DNA from: an uncultured Bacteroidota bacterium
Lineage (GTDB): Bacteria; Bacteroidota; Ignavibacteria; Kryptoniales; JAKASW01
Reading direction: 5' to 3'
Assembly: GCA_963806435.1 (NCBI GenBank)
Contig: CAWEBD010000128.1
Coordinates: 14,466 to 78,465, forward strand
Length of the DNA stretch: 64,000 nucleotides
Of the stretch, positions 58,002 to 64,000 are shown in pieces. The number at the start of each line of letters is the position of its first letter. The first letter of the stretch is position 1. Position numbers and translations under genes: made by a program. The notes beneath the pieces were generated by a model that was not told where the DNA came from, ran no database searches, and saw only the letters and a program-made list of their open reading frames with translations.

Positions 58002-59257
58002 TTCTTATCGGACTTATAAAGCCTGTTGAGAACCGTGGCGGGGTGGACTACTTCCACGTCCATCCCATCGTTCTTGATACCTGCGGCAATCTGTGCCATG
58101 CACCCGGGGTTGCCGGTAATCACCATTTTCGCGTGGCTCTGCTTTATGTTGTCGAGTTTCCTGTCGAGTATTTTTGAAGCGTCGTCGTAATGAGTCACGT
58201 TGTAAATACCGGCACTCCCGCAGCACCATGTTGCCTCGTTCAATTCGCGGTAATTATCTCCAGCGATTTCATTCACTATCGCTCTCGGTTGCGCGCTGAT
58301 CTTCTGCGTGTGAACCAGGTGACATGGCTCGTGGTAGGTGACCGGAACTCCGAGTTTGGTCCGCGGCTTCCTGAACCCGGTTTCAAAGAGGAACTCAGAA
58401 AACTCCTTTACCTTTGCACTGAATTCCTTTGCTCTTCCGCAGTATTGCGGATCGTCCTCGAGAAGTTTGCCATACTCCTTCATAAAAGCAGCGCAGCCCG
58501 CGGAGTTGACGACATAGTAGCCTGCGCCTGTCTTCTCGAATGCGTCGATGTTTTTCGCCGCAAGAGATTTCGCCAATCCGATATCGCCTGAGTGGCCGTT
58601 CACGGAACCGCAGCATACCTGCGCGTGCGGGACCGCGACACGCCAGCCGTTTTCTGCGAGAACTTCGACCGTATCTAGGTTGACATCCGCATAGATTGCA
58701 TCCATGATACATCCGGTGAGCACCGCCACCGTCCCGCGCGTTTCGCGCTTCGGCTCCACCACTTCCGGCAGAATGTCGATGGAAAACTTCTTTGAAAGTC
58801 GCGGCAACAGCCGGGCACGATTGAAGATCCAGCGGGAAGCATGCTTCGATAGCGCGAGCACGGCTTTCTCCAGGCCACTCTTCTGATAGAATCTCAATAT
58901 TGCCGCAACTATCCGAACCCCGCGCTTCCCCGCGAAGATTTTTTTAAGAATGAACCGCTTGGAACTGAAACCCTTCTTCCCCGATTCGATGAAAACCCTG
59001 GCTGATTCGACCAACTCGCCGTATTTAACCCCAGCAGGACATGCCGTCTGGCAAGCCTGGCAATCGAGACAGAAATCCATTTCGTATTCGAACGTCTCCG
59101 ACACGGGGATCGTCCCGTCCATTACACTCTTCATCAGCCTGATCCGCCCGCGGGGAGAGCTTCTTTCCAGGCCTGTCAGGGCGTACGTCGGGCATACCGG
59201 CAGGCACAATCCGCAATGCATGCACTGTGTCAGTAGGTCGTCGGAGATTTCCGTCAT
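57998..59257 (-). CDS. glcF: Glycolate oxidase Fe-S subunit-like protein
   Basis: CMHCGLCLPVCP, SPRGR, CLDCQACQTACP, two CCG motifs. Confidence 0.88.
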   Translation of the reverse strand: MTEISDDLLTQCMHCGLCLPVCPTYALTGLERSSPRGRIRLMKSVMDGTIPVSETFEYEMDFCLDCQACQTACPAGVKYGELVESARVFIESGKKGFSSKRFILKKIFAGKRGVRIVAAILRFYQKSGLEKAVLALSKHASRWIFNRARLLPRLSKKFSIDILPEVVEPKRETRGTVAVLTGCIMDAIYADVNLDTVEVLAENGWRVAVPHAQVCCGSVNGHSGDIGLAKSLAAKNIDAFEKTGAGYYVVNSAGCAAFMKEYGKLLEDDPQYCGRAKEFSAKVKEFSEFLFETGFRKPRTKLGVPVTYHEPCHLVHTQKISAQPRAIVNEIAGDNYRELNEATWCCGSAGIYNVTHYDDASKILDRKLDNIKQSHAKMVITGNPGCMAQIAAGIKNDGMDVEVVHPATVLNRLYKSDKK

Positions 59258-59318
59258 CCGTCTTCCTTCATCTGTAAATGCCGGATGACAGACTATTCAT
59301 AAGGATGGCAGACTGTCA

Positions 59319-60791
59319 TTAGAAATAAGCCTCAGACGGGTTGTCCATCTTCGACGTTATCCTTTCGATCTGCTCCTTGCTCTTCGGCAGCGCCCCTTCG
59401 CAGCGCGGACTCACCGAGATAATCTTACCGGGATTAAGGACACAGTTCGGATCGAGCATTTCTTTCGTCGTCCTCATGAGCCTGATGAACGGCGTGTCGT
59501 AAAGCGATTCGAGGAATTTCTTCTTCGCGAGGCCGACGCCGTGTTCGCCTGTAATTGTTCCACCAAGATCGACCGCCTTCCGGAATATCTCCTCGAAGGC
59601 TGCTTCCGTCCTTTTTATCTCCGCTTTGTCGCGTTCGTCCGTCAGCCCCGTCGGATGGAGGTTTCCGTCGCCGGCATGCCCGAAAGTGCCGATCTGTATG
59701 TCGTGTTTCTTTGCCGTCCCGTTGATGAAATCGACCATCGTCGTCAGCTCGCTCCTCGGAACGGTAGCGTCTTCGAGTATCGTTGTCGGCCTTATCCTCG
59801 CGAGCGCTGCAAAAGCCGATTTCCTGGCCGCCTTGAGTTTCGTGCCTTCTGCGTCGTCCCTGGCGACACGCACGCTTGTCGCGCCGGACTTCCTGCAGAT
59901 CGCCTCAATTGCCGAAGCGTCTTCTTCGACGGCAGATCTCGGTCCGTCGACTTCGACGAGAAGTATCGCGCCGGTATTCGTGTCCAGACCGAGATGGGCA
60001 AAATCCTCGACCGCGCGGATAGTAGGGTTGTCGAGAAACTCCAGCATTGCCGGCGATATCCTTGCGGCAGTTATTGCCGAAACTGTATCGGCGGCGCCGG
60101 CTATGGAATCATAGAAGGCGAGAAGAGTCTTGCTCGCCTGTGGGAGTGGAATAAGTTTGAGCAGTATCTTCGTGAAAATCCCGAGCGTGCCCTCAGACCC
60201 AATCAACACATCCTTGAGATTATATCCCGCGACGTCCTTCATATTCTTCCCGCCGATTCGCATCACATCACCGTTCGGGAGTACGACCTCGAATCCGAGA
60301 ACATAATTCTTCGTGACGCCATACTTCAGGCCTCTTAGCCCGCCGGCATTTTCGGCTACATTTCCGCCAAGCGTACAAATCTGGGAGCTCCCGGGATCGG
60401 GAGGATAGAAAAGCCCCTGCGATTCGACAAGCGACTGAAATTTTCCGGTTATCACGCCTGGTTCGACCCAGGCCGTGAGATTATTCTTATCGAGCTCGAT
60501 CACCTTGTCCCACCGGTTCATGAGGAGAACGACCGAATTCTCGGAGGGTATCGATCCGCCGCTCAGTCCGCTCCCGGAGCCGCGCGGAACCACGGAAAAT
60601 TTCTCCTCGTTCGCGAGTTTCATGAGGAGGCTCAGCTGATCGGCAGATGCGGGGATCGCGATAAGGTCGGGGAGCGCGCTGAGAAGCGGCGTTCCGTCAT
60701 AGGAATAGGCGATCCTGTCCTCCGTAGAATCGAGGACGTTCGTCTTCCCGAAAATTTCTCTCAGCTTGTTCTTTGCGATATCACTTATCAT
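59319..60791 (-). CDS. glcD: Glycolate/D-lactate oxidase FAD subunit
   Basis: PRGSGSGLSGG, YPPDPGS, ENAGG, GHAGDGNLH, GEHGVG, LNPGK. Confidence 0.9.
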   Translation of the reverse strand: MISDIAKNKLREIFGKTNVLDSTEDRIAYSYDGTPLLSALPDLIAIPASADQLSLLMKLANEEKFSVVPRGSGSGLSGGSIPSENSVVLLMNRWDKVIELDKNNLTAWVEPGVITGKFQSLVESQGLFYPPDPGSSQICTLGGNVAENAGGLRGLKYGVTKNYVLGFEVVLPNGDVMRIGGKNMKDVAGYNLKDVLIGSEGTLGIFTKILLKLIPLPQASKTLLAFYDSIAGAADTVSAITAARISPAMLEFLDNPTIRAVEDFAHLGLDTNTGAILLVEVDGPRSAVEEDASAIEAICRKSGATSVRVARDDAEGTKLKAARKSAFAALARIRPTTILEDATVPRSELTTMVDFINGTAKKHDIQIGTFGHAGDGNLHPTGLTDERDKAEIKRTEAAFEEIFRKAVDLGGTITGEHGVGLAKKKFLESLYDTPFIRLMRTTKEMLDPNCVLNPGKIISVSPRCEGALPKSKEQIERITSKMDNPSEAYF

Positions 60792-60945
60792 AATGCACTC
60801 CCTTGTCAAATTTAAACACAAGAGGCACAGAGTTCACAGAGAAAAATGAAGACCCAATTAGCCTCACGTCATTTTATCGGGCATTAGCCCATGCCTTGAC
60901 ACTCCCATCAGGCGGCGTTACGCTTTTGTATATTTTCATACTATT

Positions 60946-61299
60946 GTGGAGCAATGGGTGATAACTGACAGAAGAAAGCGTGGGTATACATTCGTCATCG
61001 TGGCGGTTATTACAATGTTTCTTTGGGGATGCAGGTCTTCGCCTGTGAGTCCGAGCACGGTAGACACCATGACGGTCCGATATGGCATTCCTTCGCAGGC
61101 CCACGTGACACTAAGGGTAATCAACAGTTACAATACGAGAGTCGCCACGCTTGTTGATACCACAGAGAATCAGGGCACCTATTCAGTATCATGGAGCACA
61201 GCCGCATACCCCGCCGGGATTTACTTCTACACGCTTATCGCAGCACCCGTCGGAGGTGGAACAACTCTCAATTTTACAAAGAAATTCATAATCGAATGA
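60946..61299 (+). CDS. Small putative lipoprotein consisting of a T9SS CTD/FlgD-Ig-like domain
   Basis: Lipobox LWGC; VRYGIP...VATLVD...GTYSVSW...GIYFYTL...TKKF; start uncertain. Confidence 0.65.
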   Translation: MEQWVITDRRKRGYTFVIVAVITMFLWGCRSSPVSPSTVDTMTVRYGIPSQAHVTLRVINSYNTRVATLVDTTENQGTYSVSWSTAAYPAGIYFYTLIAAPVGGGTTLNFTKKFIIE

Positions 61300-61965
61300 T
61301 AACGAATTCAAAAATCAATTTCGCTGGCGCCGCAACACTCACCATGATGCTTTCAATCTCAGCACCATGTCAAACTCGATTCCAGATTGCCGCGCAGATG
61401 GTAGGCGGACTGTATGCATTCAACTCAAAGAACGGTTCGCTTATACTTGAAGGGCATAAACTGCGAAGCCAATACGGATTAGACATGTCTGTCGACTACT
61501 ATCCCAACCAGAAGCTCTCTTGGATTGCCGATCTGGAGTATCTCCGAAGCAACGCTCATACGCTTGAATTTACCAGCACTCTGAGCGAAGGCCCTTCCCC
61601 GGCAACAACTTATACCGGACAGGTAAGCCTTGACGAATTCTCCGCCGATGTGGGACCGCGATACCCATTCGCAGGCTGGCTGAAACTCGGCCTTGGACCG
61701 TCTTTGCCATGGTACGGCGGATTACGGAGATACCACATGAACGTTTTGGACAGGCTTGAACTCCTACTGTCTTGGTATCGCACGGTGTTGCGGCACAAGA
61801 GTACCGTTCGACAAGATCGACAGCGGAGGGTTCTATTGGTGTTACTCGCTCAAGCTTCGCTATCTCCACTCATTGTTCTTCGATTCGCGCGGACGAGACC
61901 TGAGAAATTACAGCCAATCATTTCTTACTACTTCCCTGGCGGCAGGTATAGGCTACGCCTTCTAG
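61296..61965 (+). pseudogene. Frameshifted small outer-membrane beta-barrel-like gene
   Basis: ATGA overlap with the upstream gene; beta-strand-like N-terminal part to about 61705; C-terminal part in another frame ending AAGIGYAF. Confidence 0.5.
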
Positions 61966-62089
61966 CCCTCGGAAAACGCTGGAATTCGTTCCCGAACCAT
62001 TCATCTGACCTGCCCGCCGGACGGGTTGCAGAAAGTCACACTTCCCAAAGCCTTTCCTGAGAAATTCCGACTACTTACATTCAAACATT

Positions 62090-63019
62090 ATGAGAATCGC
62101 CATCACGGGTCCGACGGGTTTCATCGGGAAAGGTCTGGCACTCCTCCTCCTCCAAAAGGGACATGAGGTGCTTGGACTATCCAGAAACACCGTGAAGGCA
62201 AAGAAGACCCTCGACGGCGGCGTAAATGTTTTAGAATGGTCGGCCGACAGGAGAACGGAGCTTGTGAATGAGTTGGAAGGAATCGACGCTTTCGTAAATC
62301 TGGCCGGAGAGAATATAGGCTCGTCGAGGTGGACCGCCGTCAAGAGGAATCGCATCATGGAGAGCCGGCTGTCTGCCGGGAAACTTGTAACTGGTGTTGT
62401 CGGCTCTCTCTCCAGGAGACCCAAGGTCCTCGTTCAGGCTTCCGCGGTAGGAATCTACGGCTCCCGTGGCGAGGAGGTCCTCGATGAAAAGTCGTCGTCG
62501 GGGGAAGGCTTCCTCGCGGACGTAGTCCGCAAATGGGAAGAGTCCACGAAGGAACTTGAAGCACTCGGCATCAGGCGCGTCATTATTCGGTCAGGTGTTG
62601 TATTCGCCCGGGATGGTGGAGCATTCCCTAAACTAGTTCTTCCTTACAGGCTAGTGTGCGGCACCGTTCTCGGTTCGGGTAGGCAATGGGTTCCATGGAT
62701 TGACTATTCCGATGAATTGGAGGCGATCTACTTTCTGTTGACGCAGGAATTTTCTGCGGGGGCTTACAACCTTGTTTCTCCTAATCCCGGAAGGATGGAA
62801 GACATCTGCTCCGCCATTGGTCTGGCACTCCACAGGCCTACCATCGCACACGTACCGGAGCGGCTGCTGAGGCTGGGATTGGGAAGGATGGCGGAAGAAA
62901 CGATACTTACGAGCCAGAAGGTGGTTCCGGTTCGTCTCGCCGAAGCGGGGTTCGGATTCAGACATGCCGGGCTTAAGTCTTCTGTAGCCAAGCTGTTGAC
63001 GGAAAAGGGCCGTGAATAA
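62090..63019 (+). CDS. TIGR01777-type NAD-dependent epimerase (YfcH-like)
   Basis: ITGPTGFIG, NLAGENI, ASAVGIYG, GSGRQWVPWI. Confidence 0.92.
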   Translation: MRIAITGPTGFIGKGLALLLLQKGHEVLGLSRNTVKAKKTLDGGVNVLEWSADRRTELVNELEGIDAFVNLAGENIGSSRWTAVKRNRIMESRLSAGKLVTGVVGSLSRRPKVLVQASAVGIYGSRGEEVLDEKSSSGEGFLADVVRKWEESTKELEALGIRRVIIRSGVVFARDGGAFPKLVLPYRLVCGTVLGSGRQWVPWIDYSDELEAIYFLLTQEFSAGAYNLVSPNPGRMEDICSAIGLALHRPTIAHVPERLLRLGLGRMAEETILTSQKVVPVRLAEAGFGFRHAGLKSSVAKLLTEKGRE

Positions 63020-63145
63020 CGAGGCCGCAATTGACATCCGCCCTTCGCGGCGCTAAATTCTTCAGAGACATTTCCCACCCACATTCCGAAGCACCATCGC
63101 TTTATTCCCTCAATCAGTCAAACCAGTTTTCCAGGAGGACACGAA

Positions 63146-63907
63146 ATGAAGCAATGGTATGAAAGCCTGTTCGAGAATTACGGCAAGAAGTACGACGCCG
63201 AACCCTTCACGCAAGGGACTTCGGGCGAGTGCGATTTCATCGAGGATGAAATCGGTCGCAACAAGCGGCTGAAGATACTCGACCTGGGCTGCGGCACCGG
63301 GCGACACTCCATCGAGCTCGCCCGGCGGGGCTACCAGGTGACTGGCGTCGACCTGTCGGATTCGATGCTCACGCGGGCACGTGAGAAGGCTGCCGGCGAG
63401 AGAGTCGATGCGATTTTTCGGAAAGAGGACGCGAGGAATTTGCCGTTTGTGAACGAGTTCGATCTTGTCATTATGCTGTGCGAGGGAGCCTTCCCCTTAA
63501 TGGAAACCGACGAGATGAATTTCAAGATTCTCGCCGGCGCGGCAAAGACCCTACGAAACGGGGGAAAGCTGATCTTCACGACGTTAAACGGACTCTTCCC
63601 TCTCTTTCATTCCGTGAAGGAATTCATGGATTCAAATTCGAAGGAAGGAAACGCGGCAACGGAAGCGATGAGCTTCGACCTTCTGACTTTTCGCGAACAT
63701 AGCACCACGAAGGTTGTGGACGATCTCGGAAACCCGAAAGAGTTGGCTTGCAACGAGAGGTATTATGTTCCTTCAGAAATAACCTGGATGATGAAGTCGC
63801 TCGGCTTCCGTACCGTCGATATTTTAGGGGCAACCCTCGGTAAGTTCAGTCGCGGAGATCGCCTGACGACCGAGAATTTTGAGATGCTTGTCGTAGGCGA
63901 GAAGTGA
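63146..63907 (+). CDS. Class I SAM-dependent methyltransferase
   Basis: ILDLGCGTGRH, GVDLS, DAR; GGAGG RBS. Confidence 0.92.
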   Translation: MKQWYESLFENYGKKYDAEPFTQGTSGECDFIEDEIGRNKRLKILDLGCGTGRHSIELARRGYQVTGVDLSDSMLTRAREKAAGERVDAIFRKEDARNLPFVNEFDLVIMLCEGAFPLMETDEMNFKILAGAAKTLRNGGKLIFTTLNGLFPLFHSVKEFMDSNSKEGNAATEAMSFDLLTFREHSTTKVVDDLGNPKELACNERYYVPSEITWMMKSLGFRTVDILGATLGKFSRGDRLTTENFEMLVVGEK

Positions 63908-64000
63908 TCATGGCGTCGCATAATCCCGACTTTCCCGGTACCGGAAATTGCCCGATGTGGGAATCGTTCGCGCGGGGTTTTTGTTCTCCATAAGTTAACG

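Overview
Bacterial chromosomal window, GC-rich overall. The NYPNPFNP-type T9SS C-terminal sorting domain and the gene content suggest an FCB-group, Ignavibacteria/Kryptonia-like organism; this is an inference. Left to right it holds: a tricorn-type protease (partial); two CX4CH cytochrome-like lipoproteins flanking a glycoside hydrolase; a DUF3857/transglutaminase-like pair; a double 2-oxoacid oxidoreductase cluster interrupted by a GxxExxY nuclease-fold gene with inverted short-unit repeats; a frameshifted TatD-radical SAM fusion and menA; an AT-richer island with a lipoprotein and a T9SS-exported phospholipase C/P1-nuclease-fold protein; a hybrid histidine kinase; a long housekeeping run (namZ, NUDIX, ndk, sucD, gatA, four tatA/B-family genes, purQ, purS, pssA, psd, degenerate purC); a glucoamylase-gnd-zwf-pgl operon; a second hybrid kinase; a MarR-led [NiFe] hydrogenase operon with unusual cysteines; rhomboid-glcF-glcD; and three or four small genes. 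No rRNA, tRNA, CRISPR array or transposase was seen. The best candidates for novelty are the repeat-bracketed GxxExxY cassette, the atypical hydrogenase, the secreted PLC/nuclease island, the pseudo-enzyme-like PurC and the TatA/B quadruplication. All family calls come from motif recognition by eye; no searches were run.
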